Below, in pieces: positions 11,781 to 23,249 of a stretch of DNA of 64,000 nt. The DNA comes from Camelus ferus (Eukaryota): NCBI RefSeq assembly GCF_009834535.1, contig NC_045696.1, positions 55,864,001-55,928,000 on the forward strand, given 5' to 3'. A model generated the notes under the pieces. It saw nothing but the letters and a program-made list of their open reading frames with translations. It was not told where the DNA came from and searched no databases. The first letter of the stretch is position 1. Every line of letters begins with the position of its first letter. Position numbers and translations under genes: made by a program.

Positions 11781-14700
11781 TAGACAATGAGGGAGAAGGC
11801 GCTCTAGTCTCAAAAGAAGACCTAGCATATGAGTGCCAACTATGGGTTAGACAATGTACTCAGCCCCACAGGGATAGGGAAGTCATAGTTAAGGAATATG
11901 AGATTTTGATTTCCCTGATCATTCATTTTGGTGGTCTTATTTTACAGATGAGGAAACTAAACCCAGGAAAGGAAACTGCCCCAGTTTTACAGAGTACTTT
12001 TGGGGCCATTCTCCTTGTTTACTGGTTTCCCCAGTTTTAGGCCCAGTGCTAGGATAAGTAAGCCAGCACTAGTTGCACCCCAGCCAGGCCCCATCACTGA
12101 GCTCTTTTGTTTTGAGAAAGAGTGCTTTTCCTTCCAGACCTGGCTTGACCCCATGGCTTCAGGCTGAAATGACTCCCCTCAAACCCACCTGAAGGGACCT
12201 CAGTTACACCTCTGGACCATTTCTGACCTTTCTAGCTACCCTAAACAGATGGAGATCCTGTCTTTATCTCTCTTGGCTATCTGTAATCCATGCAACGGGT
12301 GCCCTACAACCTAGTTTTGCCAGAGAGTCCTCATTGAAAACATTTGCCCATTTTCCTGTCACCATATCACAGAAATATCAGCGTTTCGACATCCCAAGTC
12401 CATCTCCTTGTTAGCTCCTCAGCACTCATCAGTAACACCAAAATCCCTGTCAGACTATATTTTCTGATTTTTTTTTTTTTTTTTTTTTTTGGTTTAGAAA
12501 GCATGGTAATTTTTCCTATGCTGTGCTTGACTGAAAAATAGAGTCCCTCTAAAGCCCCAGTGCCTTCACATCTGGCCACCCTCCTCCGTCCCCCAGTGGT
12601 ACGATGCTGCCTCTTCCCCACCACACAGAACCCCTCACTAGGATAGGGGTCTCATTTCCAAGCCCATTCTCCTCGGACAGCAGGGTCATGGACACTAGCA
12701 CCTCTCCGTCTCACCAGCCATTCTTCCAGCCTCCATCAGACTGGGTGTGGCTCCACCACAGCATTTAGGAAGAGAGTTTTGTGATGACAGGTTATTTCCA
12801 CAGCAGTGTGAGGTACCTCAGAATGATCCAAAGCACCTCTTTCGACAATTGTGCTGAACGTTGCCAGCCCCAGATTTAGGAAATATAACTGAAAAGGAGG
12901 AAATAAATGAAAAGATGCACTTGAGAGAGCATATAATAGCTGAATAACCTGAACTATCTTTAAAAAGAGATACAATTTTTAAAAAAGACAGAGATACAAC
13001 GAGAGCAAAATGATACATAGAAGGCACGTGGACTATGGCTGCCTCAGCCACTTGCTGATTGACCTGTTTACTCATCTGTACAAACGGTATGATGCCTACC
13101 TCTCAGGGTCATTGTAAAATTAAATTCAGATTAAATGATATAAATGGAAAAGCCCCTAGTACATAGCAGGTCTTCCATAAGAGTTTCCGTTCCTCTCTTT
13201 CCTTTCTCTCACCCCTAGCTGGTACCCTCTGGTCTCTTTCTTCTCATTAGGGATTTTGTCAGACACATGGAACATGCTATGAGCCAGACAGACCCCATGA
13301 CAGAAAGCAGCTCGCCCATCAGGGGTCCTAAATAACAGGTCTTTGCTATGCTCTGTTCTCACCCGAAAAGAATCCAGGATTTCTAACCGATTTTGAAATG
13401 TGGTGACATTAGCAAAAAGAAATCTTAACTGAAAGTGAGCCAGTTTCAGTGATGGTTCTTAAGGAGTTTTTGTCCAGCCATCTGAGAAGTGTGGGTGTTT
13501 TTCTAAAGGTCAACGGGCTCTTCGATGTTCCTACGTGAGATCCCCTCAGCAGACGTTGGTGCTGAGGAAGAACCAGACTGAAAAGAGGAACCAAAAATCT
13601 TCTGGGCAATTCCCACCAGGACCTGGCTTGCATACTCAGGGACTCTGCTACACGCAGTACGAGAAAAAGTTGAAAGATTTCTGAAGGGTTTTGTCTGCTT
13701 CAGTGTTTCTGGAGGGGAAACTCAGGTCTGAGCACTCATTACTGCCTCAGTAGTTGAATTTTGAGCTTGCTGTGTCATTTTACAAACAGGCCTAGCAACA
13801 CCTACCTAACACAATGGGCTGAGGTTTCTGTGAGGGAATGGAGGCTGAACTGTACACAGTACCAGGCACATGGGGGGGACTATCACACTCCCCAGACATC
13901 CACACGGTCCTGTCCCTTGCTTCCTTTGGGAAAGGTGTCCCCTTGTGGCGAGACCTCCTCTGACTCCCACTAACAAGCACCATCCTCCCTGACCCCATCC
14001 ATCCTGCCACTCGTTAGTCCCTTGTCCTGATTTAGTTCTCGTCAAACTTGTCTCCAGCTGCTGTATATCAGCTGAAGTTACTTTGGGGTCATGAGAACAG
14101 GGGCTTTATCTGTTTTGTTGCCACATCTGCAGAATCTAGAACAGGGCCTGGCTCATAGTAGAGGCTCCATAAATATTTGCTGAATGCCTGGCTAGGCATT
14201 AGGAGATGAGATGTGGTTCCACCCGCTGTGTGTTAGAATCATAACCTTTAACAAGTTGATGAACCTCCTTGGGCTTCCGGTATAATTTCTGCAAAATGTG
14301 CATAATACTATCTCCCCGACTTACTTCACATAATTTCCACAGGGGTTGTGTAACAGCTAGATGTAAAGTGTTTTGTGAACTGTAAAATGCGACACAGATT
14401 TTATTCATAGGGCTGTTCCTCTCAAGCAAAGCACCTGATGTGTTGAGTCATGCCCAGGATGAGGTGAGAATCACTGCAGTAACTGGCTGACACTTGCACT
14501 GAGTTGAATGCTCCCAGCTGGTGTGGGCTGCCCATTGGCTGCCTCTGTCTCCTGCAGTCATAGGTACCAGGGCTGGGCGGGGAGAGGAGGAGGGAAGGCA
14601 GAAACGGGAGGTGACTCTGCTCATCTCTGACGCGCATGTGTGCAAACTGCCCCACCCGCACGGCATACTGGGTACACTTCACAACGTGAGTCCCCACCCC

Positions 14701-14819
14701 ATACCCTTCCTGTCCCCTGGCCATGTCAACTCCCCACTGATAACCCTCCCAGGAGAGGGAGCTTTTTGCCAAGAAGTGTAGAGGCCACTGGTTTTAGACA
14801 AATAATGCACCTCTCAAAA

Positions 14820-15200
14820 TTCAATACAATGGAGTATTACTCAACTAAAAAAAGGTATGAAGTACTGGTACTTACTGCAACATAAATGAACCCTGAAAAC
14901 ATTATGCCAAGTGAAAGAAGCCAGACACAAAAGGCCACATATTATATAACTCTGTTTGTAAGAACTGTCCAGAATAGGCATATTCATGGAGATGGAAATT
15001 AGATTGGTGGTTACCAGGAGATAGGGCAGAGGGAAATGGAGATGGACTGCTAACTGGTATGGAGTTTCTTTTAAAGAGCGATGGAAACGTTCTGAAATTA
15101 GATAGTAGTGATGGTTTCATAACATTGTGATAATACTAAAAACCACTGAATTGTACACTTTAAAATGGTGAATTGTATGTCATTGCATTAAAAAAAAAAC
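14820..15200 (+). mobile_element. Old L1 (L1MB-like) 3' end with A tail
   Basis: atacaatggagtattactc...aagtgaaagaagccagacacaaaaggccaca...aaccactgaattgtacactttaaaatggtgaa. Confidence 0.8.
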
Positions 15201-16684
15201 CCAAAAAACAAAAACCATGCAGGACAACTGGGGGATACAGTAAGAAAATTTAATGTATAGCTTTAAAAGAAAAAAGAACCCAATCTAGGAAGCTATGAGT
15301 CTCCCCTAATCCCTCCAAACTGGAGGAAGGCCGTGTGGACACAGTGGCCTGGCTGCAGTGCCCATTCTATGGAGTTGAACCTCAACAGTGGTCGGTGGGC
15401 CTGCACCACCGGTTCTCCGAAAGTAGGGAGAATCACATGTGCACAGCAGCTTGTATCACCGCGTGCTATGATTACATTATTTCCCTAAGGACTTAGATGT
15501 GCTGTTTAAAGGTTTTCCGTGACTCTAAAAGAAACACACATTAAATTTAGAAAGAATGAAAACTACAGAAAAAGCATAAAAGTCACCTATAATCCCACTA
15601 CCTGGAGATTTACTGTTAATGGTCTGTGTGACCCTTAACACAATGGAAGTGACCTTTTTGGACACTTCTAACTGCTTTTGATTAAATGAACTGGCATCCT
15701 CAGGGCTAGTGTGGGCCCTGGGCTGGGTGCTGGGCACACCAGGAAGCTAAGAGGTGTCAGCTCTCCAGCAGCTGGCAGATTTGAGACTCATCTCCTGATT
15801 TTTTCACATTGCTCCCAACTTTCTCTCCTTTATAGACCCAGCCTATATGCTGTTTATAAATCTGATCCCCACTTCTATGTGTCTCTCTAAATGGTGTATC
15901 TCTAAAGTGCCTGGGGACTTGAACAGCTGACACCACAGCAGTCACAGCAAGAACCGTGGCTTTGGGGACACCTTGGCCAGCAGCATTCCGACAGAGCATA
16001 CAGCAGGAGCAAGGCCCTGTGGACGGTGGCACTCTGAGGGCACTCTTCCTCCATCTCAGTGCTCCTCCTGCCATAGACCCACAGCCCAACATCTTTTCTG
16101 CATCCCTGGCCTGCTCCTACCAAAGCCCCCTCCCCTCTCCTTAGAGCTGTGTCACCCTGAAAGGACCCCGGTTCTGAGGAAGAGCTGCCCATGTTAGGAC
16201 CCTTGGCCTGACAACCATTAGCTTCTGGAGCACATGAGCCCAGTGTTCGGCCTCCACAGACCAAACTAGAAGTGGAGAGCAACCCAGCGGGTCCCACCTC
16301 TGCAGGAAAGGGTCCTGGACAGCAGTGGGTGGAGACGGGTGGAAGTGCAGCTTCCCCACACAGGGCAGGAGAGGAGGGCGTAGTGTGCAGATCCCCTGTC
16401 CTGGAACAAAGGCCTCCACAGTCGTCTCCACTCTCTGCACCCAGTCTTGTCTCCCACAGGCCATGCACAGTTCACACCTTCACTCCAGTCTGGCAAATCC
16501 TCACCAGTTCTGCATCATACACACTCTCCAACCCAACCATCTCCCTCCAACTCCACTTTTTTCATCAAAGCTATCATCAAATACTTGTAAGCTACTAAAT
16601 GGTTTTGGTACAATCACTCTGGCTGCACTACAAGCCATATTTTTATGCTTCAGCAACACCGTTTAAAAAAATGCCATTTAGAGC

Positions 16685-17182
16685 TTTACTACTAAAACTA
16701 AAGGTCTGTAGACCAGAGGCGTCAGACACCTGGGTGCTTGTTAGAAATACAGAATCGCAGACCCCTCCCCAGACTCACCTAAGCAGAAACTGCATTTAAA
16801 AATATATATACAGATTTTATTTTTTCAGAGCAGTTTTAAGTTGACCGTAAACTGAACGTAGAGAGCAGAGAGGACCCATATACCCACTCCCCTCTATGCG
16901 CACAGCCTCCTCCACCATCAGCATCCTGCACCGGAGTGGTACATTTGTGCCAGTTGATGAGCCTACACTGACACATCATAATCACCCAAATTCAAATTCC
17001 ATAGTTTACATAGGGATCATTCTTGGCTCTGTACATTCAGTAGGTCTTGACAAATACATAATGACATATATCCACCATGCAGTATTTTCACTGTTCTGAA
17101 AAAATCTCCTGTGCTAGAAACTGCTTTTTAACAAGGCCCCCAGGTAATTGGCATGTATAATTAAAGTGTGAGCAGCGCTGGT
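16685..17182. mobile_element. MER5A-like element split by an antisense L1MC-like 3' fragment (about 16798-17115)
   Basis: MER5 halves (gcttgttagaaatacagaatc... / ...tttaacaagg.ccccaggt) flank the L1 piece. Degenerate TSD AGAAACTGC(A/T)TTT at 16785-16797 and 17116-17128. Confidence 0.75.
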
Positions 17183-17527
17183 ATAGACCATGTTACTCCC
17201 CTGCTTACAATCCTTCCGTAGCCTCCCTGTGCCTCCAAATAACATTCATATCCCTGGACTTCCAGCCCTACGGAGTCTGGCCCCTGCCTCCCGGGGCCCT
17301 TCGGTACATAGCAGGTCTTCAGACAAAAGAAACTCATGGATTCCCTTGTTGACTTAATATAGCAACAGTAGAATCCAGATGTAGATCTAGAACAAGGTGC
17401 TTTCCTAAATATCTTTCTTTAGCCCAAAGCTCGTTTCTTTCCATTTGCCTCTGACTAATTGTCTTGGTATAAATGCTAAAGCCTTGGTTTTAATTTTCTT
17501 TTTATACTTTCTCTCTTTTTTATGATT

Positions 17528-17540
<13 letters not shown>

Positions 17541-17594
<54 letters not shown>
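17541..17594 (+). repeat. (CA)27 microsatellite
   Basis: Direct inspection. Confidence 0.97.
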
Positions 17595-17595
<1 letters not shown>

Positions 17596-18798
17596 TTTCT
17601 AGGAAGCCTATAAATTTTCTTCTAAATTTTTAAAAACTCATTTAGACTCCGCAAAAGACTCTAGACTGTGAGTGCTGCCCCCAACTGCCCCCAACTTTCC
17701 AGAAGAAAACTAACTGTTGGAAATATAACTGTCAAATATATACAAAATTTGATGCATAAATTGTGAAACTTGAGTCATGGTTCTCTTGGTTCAGCAACAG
17801 TGTAAGACAAGTTTTACAGCTTAGGACAGAAAATGTACAACTACCAGCATCGCAGTCTTCCCTTCCCTCCTTCACCCTCCCCAACACCTTAGTTATTCTG
17901 GGACATGGCTGCAGTGCAGTGCAGACCTGTTTTAAGCAAGCAGCGCTTAAGACAAGGACCTTTGATATTTGCAGACCAGGAAACCGTGCTGGAGGCCTCC
18001 TCTTTGTTTTGGAGAAACCAGGTGGTATGCCGCTCAGCAAAAAGCAGACCTTTTGTTTGTTCTGACTTAAAAAAGTCAGAGCCACCCTGTCAGCGGGATC
18101 AGCACTTCCCTTCCCGAGAGCCCTCCAAGTCCAGCACCTGAGCTGGAACAAGAGTCTCTGGAGGTCAAAATATTCTTGAAACACCTATGCAGTAAGTTAG
18201 AAATAACTTAAAATATGATTTGTGCTAAATCTGATACCACTTAATGTCAGATGTTAGTGTTGACAAAGGGCATCGGCACCTGAAGCATAAAAATCAACAT
18301 CAAGAGAAAATTTTAATATTAAGAAGGTTGTACTTCAGGACTGCTTTCTTTTCCCACTTCAAATTGGAAGAAGATCATCGTTGTTCAGTTTTAGAAGCAA
18401 AGACTAGCTGTGTTGTCTCATAGAAATACAGTTTGGGAATCAAAGCCGGAAACCACTGCCCTTATCATGCCACAAAATGTAAATGAACATCTAGTGTTCG
18501 TTGAAGAGACGCAGCTCTAAGCTGTCCTTCTGAATCAGCTTCATGGTTTTGTTAAAATCATGCTGCCCCACCTTTCCTTTAAGGTCTGGGTTCTTGAGCT
18601 AACTTGGCCGCTGGCTTGCTATGCGATCAAGGGTGGGTCCTTTAACCTCTCTGTTTCCTCACCCCTAAAATGGACTGAAACGCCCTGAAGGTCCCTTCCC
18701 TCTCACAGGGCCACAGTAAGGGGCAGTGCAGAGAACACCATCTCCTTTCTCTAAACCCTGAAGCCGTGGACTCAGTCAAGTTCCTGGAAGGCGCTTAC

Positions 18799-18898
18799 CT
18801 GAACAGAAGTAAAAGAGACCAGCCAGCACCAAGAGCTGAAAAAGCATGAGGGATGGGCGCTTGGGTGGTGGAGTTCCCCGCTTCAGTGTGTGACCCAT
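18799..18898 (-). CDS. CD80: CD80 leader-peptide coding part of exon 2: MGHTLKRGTPPPKRPSLMLFQLLVLAGLFYFCS(G)
   Basis: ATG in strong Kozak context gaagccATGG, donor TCAG|gtaagc, 100 nt. Typical CD80 N-terminus MGHT. Confidence 0.96.
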
Positions 18899-19112
18899 GG
18901 CTTCTGCTGAGGAGGATGGAAAACCAAAGCAAATAATTTCAAGCCAAGTGAGAACTGAGCACCTCACAGTTAACACCCAGCAGAAGCAGAAAACAATTCA
19001 ATTGCCCCACACAGAGGGTTCTCTTGTGATGTTTGCAAAAGAGGAGAGGCTGGATGGTGTACTGGGTGTCCAAACTCCTGAATATAAAAGATGGTGGATT
19101 TATATTCGCCAC
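18899..19112 (-). other. CD80: CD80 exon 2, 5'-UTR portion
   Basis: Acceptor ttcttctttttcag|GTGG at 19113/19112. Sequence resembles the human CD80 5'UTR as recalled. Confidence 0.8.
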
Positions 19113-20206
19113 CTGAAAAAGAAGAAAATAAAAGTCACCCAGGAAGGAAGGCCAGCCTACCGGAGGTTGTAAAGCTTCTTAGTTGACTTCCCTAAATGAG
19201 TCAGGGATCTTAATCTGAGCAACTTCTTAATCATGGTTCAGTCTCGAGGGAAAAACAAAAGTTCGCGGAGCTCTGTGGAAGTGATCCTGCCTGTGCGTGT
19301 TCCGAGAACCAACCACAGCTCTCCCATTGCTGGATGGGATGATGAAATGCAGAGAACTCTAAGGGCCCTGGGTATCAGTGAGCCAACCCAGGAAAGCTCA
19401 GACCCTCTTCACATCATACCGAGAAGCACAAAGCATCAGGGCGGAAGCCATGGCGGGGGATTTTGTCCAAAGCAGTACTTAAGTTATGAAATAACTTTTC
19501 TTGGTATATTAACAGTAGAAAAACAAGTGTCTCTATTCTCACATGCTTCTACACAAAAATATGTCTTAAAGCAGTAGAGGATCTCAATCAACAGAAAAGT
19601 GTCAGTGAAAAGGGAAGAGAAAAGACATACAGAAAACATTACTTATTTACGTTGTGTATCGTAATGTGAGAAAGCTGGGGATTTTTGTTTGTTTTGGGTT
19701 TTTTTTAGTAAATTTATCAAACTTAAGAAATAAAAGGGAAAGCTGTGCTCCCGTGTGATGCTCTCAGATTGCCACCACAGACATAGCCCAACACTACCCA
19801 GAGGATGTTTGGGACCCTCTTTGGAAACTACCCCAGAGCTAGATTCCCAGCTACAATGGATTGTTTTATCAGCCACACTCCATTTTAATCAGGATTAGCT
19901 TGGATTCACTTATTCACCAGAAATTTTATTTATTTGGAAAACTCAAATTCAGCCTACAAAATTAATATTTGCTACCATCTAGGAAATTTAAAATAACGGG
20001 CCATAACTCTGATGATGAACCTCCACGTGTTTGGGGCCGCCTCCGCCTCCTCCGGGAATAAGACCTCCCAGATGGCTCTTTGAGGGGGAGAGTTTGTGTC
20101 TTGGAGGTAAGAGTGAACGCTGTGTTTGTTCAAAATGCCGTTGGGTTCTAGGTCTACCAAGTTCTACCAAGCTGTACCATATTAAGATAATAGTAAGTGT
20201 ACTTAC

Positions 20207-20406
20207 TTGCCGAAGAACAATTCCTCTTTTTCTTGTGTTAAAAATCAAAGAATGAGGCCCCACTTCTGAGATGTTCTTTTCTTGCTGTCTCCAAAATAAT
20301 GGCAAGTCACTCCGTTTTTCTTTGGGTGATATGTCACAGAGGTGGCATTTCCCCTTCCAACTTCCTTTTACTTGATAGAGAACTCTGATGTTCAGAAATA
20401 CTTAAA
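20207..20406 (-). other. CD80: CD80 non-coding exon 1 (5' end approximate)
   Basis: Donor GGCAA|gtaagt at 20207/20206. Minus-strand text (GAAGGGGAAATG..., ACCCAAAGAAAAA, GAACATCTCAGAAGTGG) resembles the recalled human CD80 mRNA leader. Confidence 0.8.
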
Positions 20407-20700
20407 CCGGGGGATGAGCAAAGCGTCGTGTACTATTTGAGGAAGCTCCCTCTGCTGTCCTATGTTGTCAGTTACCTCCAGATGGCACAGCAAACCACAC
20501 AGCTGCCCTCCCTCACTGAGCACCAGCACTGCAGCAGTCTCAAGGGGAGAGGAAACTGCACTGGGCAGCCTGAGGGAGAGGGTGGAAAGGTGCCCCATAG
20601 TGGGCGGGGCTAGCCCATCAGCTTCAGTGGTAGACAGTCTATGATGAGCCTTATGGGCTGGCTGTTTCTGTGCTGGTCTCAATTTTTGTTTTAGCACCAG
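20340..20700 (-). promoter_or_regulatory. CD80: CD80 proximal promoter / TSS region
   Basis: Ets/PU.1-type AAAAGGAAGT (minus, 20360-20369), kB-like GGGGAAATGCC (minus, 20344-20354) and GC box GGGCGGGGC (20602-20610). No clear TATA box. Confidence 0.55.
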
Positions 20701-20999
20701 AATTACCCCTCCCTAGTCATAGCCATGCCACTGCAGGAGTGGGCCATCCATTTCATGTGCAGTGGACACTTTGGGGAGAGTGTTCGGCTCACAAGGGCAC
20801 CCTTTCCTACCCTCTCAGCCCTCCACCACCACCCCATTTGCAGAGTGGACTCCTGGCAGCCAAGTTGGACAGTATATCCCAGTCACTCTAACCCCAGTGG
20901 AGTAACCCTCAGGTGAACACAGTGACAGAGCCAAGGGGTGAGGTGAGGAAGATTTTAGTCCTTTTCCCCAGTTTCCAACCAGCCTGCTACTCCCCTGTG

Positions 21000-21500
21000 T
21001 AGAATTCTAGAGCATTCCACTGGTCAGCAGCCAACCCACACTGGTCAAGTGGATCTCTTTCACACGGGGGAGCCTGATAGCACCTTGTCTGTGCCTGCAC
21101 CTTTCACAGTCTGCTTCTAGCTCTGAGGCTTTCTCTGCTGACTTGCCATGGTATGCTCTTGGAAATTCTGCACTCAAGCATATGCAACTTGGAAATATAG
21201 GAGACTTAAAACCCAGGGAGTTCCTCTTGACCAAAATTGGCTGAAAGCTGACGGAGATCTGCTCTCTCCTTTTGTCGCCCAGGTAGAGAGTTGTGAAAGA
21301 CATTTCATGAGGCTTTCCAGAAGGTCCTGGTGGGATGGAGTTGGTTGCCTATAGCAGAGGCCAGCGTGGTAAGGCACCCTTGTATTGGCTGTCCTTCCTT
21401 CCCTGTTTCAAAATCCCTGTCCTGTACCACTGAACTCACATTCCCAAGAATCTAGGCCTTTGCTTCTAGCTTTGCTTTCTGGAGAACCTAGGCTAAGGCA
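21000..21500 (+). mobile_element. ERVL-type LTR relic (LTR16/LTR33-like)
   Basis: cccttgtattggctgtccttccttccctgtttc...gctttctggagaacctaggctaaggca. Family and 5' boundary are uncertain. Confidence 0.55.
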
Positions 21501-23138
21501 AGAAGGACACTTTGTATGGTAGAGATACAACAGACTCCTGTCTGAAATAAATGTGTAGTAGCAGAAAGGTGAGTCGATTTATGGAAAAAAATAAAATGAT
21601 AAGAGACATGGTATATGAATGTGGTAAACATTGTGAACATGGTGTAGTAATGTCTGAAATACTAACTTAAGACTTTTAGGAAACAAACTTTCCTGACAAA
21701 AATCACAGTTCGGGCTGCCATCCATCCTAAATTTTTCAGTATTAAGGCACTGAGATCCCTTTAAATAAAAAGCTGATAGAGAAGGATGACAGTTGCAGCC
21801 TCAGGGTGTTCATAGGGTGAGGAGGCATGAAAATCATCCTGAAGCAAGGGAAAGAAAGAGAGAGAAAGAGAAAGAAAGAGAAGCCAGAGCTTAGGCTTTG
21901 ACCAGTCTTGTGATGGGGCAAACACAGGCCTTCACTAGACAGAATTTGTTCCAAGGCTCAGCTAATGGCCCAGCCTCAGAAAATCACTGGCTGCATTTGA
22001 GACAAATCTATGCACAAAGTGAGCGGCAGCTTATATGATGGGATCTGATAGCTCCACCTCTAAAGTAACACTCCAAGGAGGGTCCCACAGTGCCTGTACT
22101 TCCTGCCAAAAGACACATTGATGTGGCCTAAGGTAAGGTCTTTACACTGAAATCCTTGTACCCCAAGAGCACCTGCAGGTTTTCAAAGAGTATATGGGAA
22201 CTGATGGTTTTAAGAGAATCCATTTCCAGGTTTTTCAGTTTCTTTATGGACACTTTCCTAAAACTTACCTGCAGTGAGAAAGACCTTGTCTTTCTCCCTA
22301 TTTGAAAAGAAAGGCTTATCTCTTACCCAACTTGAATGTTACTATGGTACAAGGTCCTAAAAAGTAAAAAGCTTCAGGTGCTAAATAAAGAGACTATTTG
22401 AAATACTGATTCTTTAATCAGTGTTGCCTCCTCAAATCATTATAAGCCCAAAAGAGGGTCCTATGTCCCTCCCGTCTTGTCCATACTTTTGTAAAGGTAG
22501 AAACGTGGCATTAGAAATAAATGTATTGTAGAGTGAGGTGGAAGGGGGGATGGCAGCTTTATTTAATGAACTCCACTTCTTCTACTTCCTGTCTATTGTC
22601 CAAGACACCATTTCCCCCAAGGCAGTCATGAGGAGTGAAGAGAGTGTGGGTGAGAGATACAAAAACAGTTGACTCTACTTCATCCAGTGACAAGTTTGTG
22701 GCAGGGCTCAGTGGGTGACTGCTCTGTCCATCTTAGACTTCTTAGAATACTCAAGCTCTGTAAAGCATTCCAGGAAAGACTTTCTATGACAGGAGTCCAC
22801 TGCATTTTCATCTTCTCTATTGGAGAAAAAATTCATTTACCTATGTGTCTGGGTCTCAGCTGAATACTTTGAAAAATTATGAAGGAGGATGTGACAACTT
22901 CCACTTACCCCTAATAGATGAACATTATGTGTGCAAGCAAAAGGAATATATATATATATATCTCAGAGGTATGTTCTTGTTTTATATTTTCTTGAACGTT
23001 AATTCAGATCTTAGAAGAAATTTCTTTCACTGATTTTCCCAATCTAGATTCTACTCAGTACATTTGAGAATGAAGTAAAGGTTTTATTTTTTAAACAACA
23101 GTATTACAATGTGTTGGAAATTATTTCCTTTGCAGATA

Positions 23139-23249
23139 TAGTCACTGCTTGGTATCCTCAGGTGGGATGGGTTCCAAGATCCCCTACAGATACCAGAAGC
23201 TCTTATATAAAATGGTGTGGTAGGGTTGCAGATGCAGAGGGCTAACTGT
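23139..23249. mobile_element. Internally deleted MER2-like (TcMar-Tigger) element
   Basis: ggtatcc...gggttccaagatcccc...cttatataaaatggtgt...gcagagggctaactgt. Confidence 0.6.

Larger units (their letters stand above)
1116..20406 (-). other. CD80: CD80 (B7-1) gene span from stop codon to approximate TSS; CDS join(18898..18799, 11184..10867, 6994..6713, 2539..2432, 1216..1116) = 909 nt, 302 aa
   Basis: Five coding exons with GT-AG boundaries and all-phase-1 junctions assemble into leader-IgV-IgC-TM-cytoplasmic tail with recognisable B7-1 sequence. The position next to ADPRH and PLA1A matches known mammalian synteny. TSS is approximate. Confidence 0.97.

Noticed and set aside
15757..16666. Cluster of overlapping 60-190-aa ORFs in CD80 intron 2
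   Set aside because: Locally GC-richer intron sequence that is open in several frames on both strands. No splice-consistent structure or known motif.
17405..17593. ORF beginning MCVCVCVC
   Set aside because: Translation of the (CA)n microsatellite.
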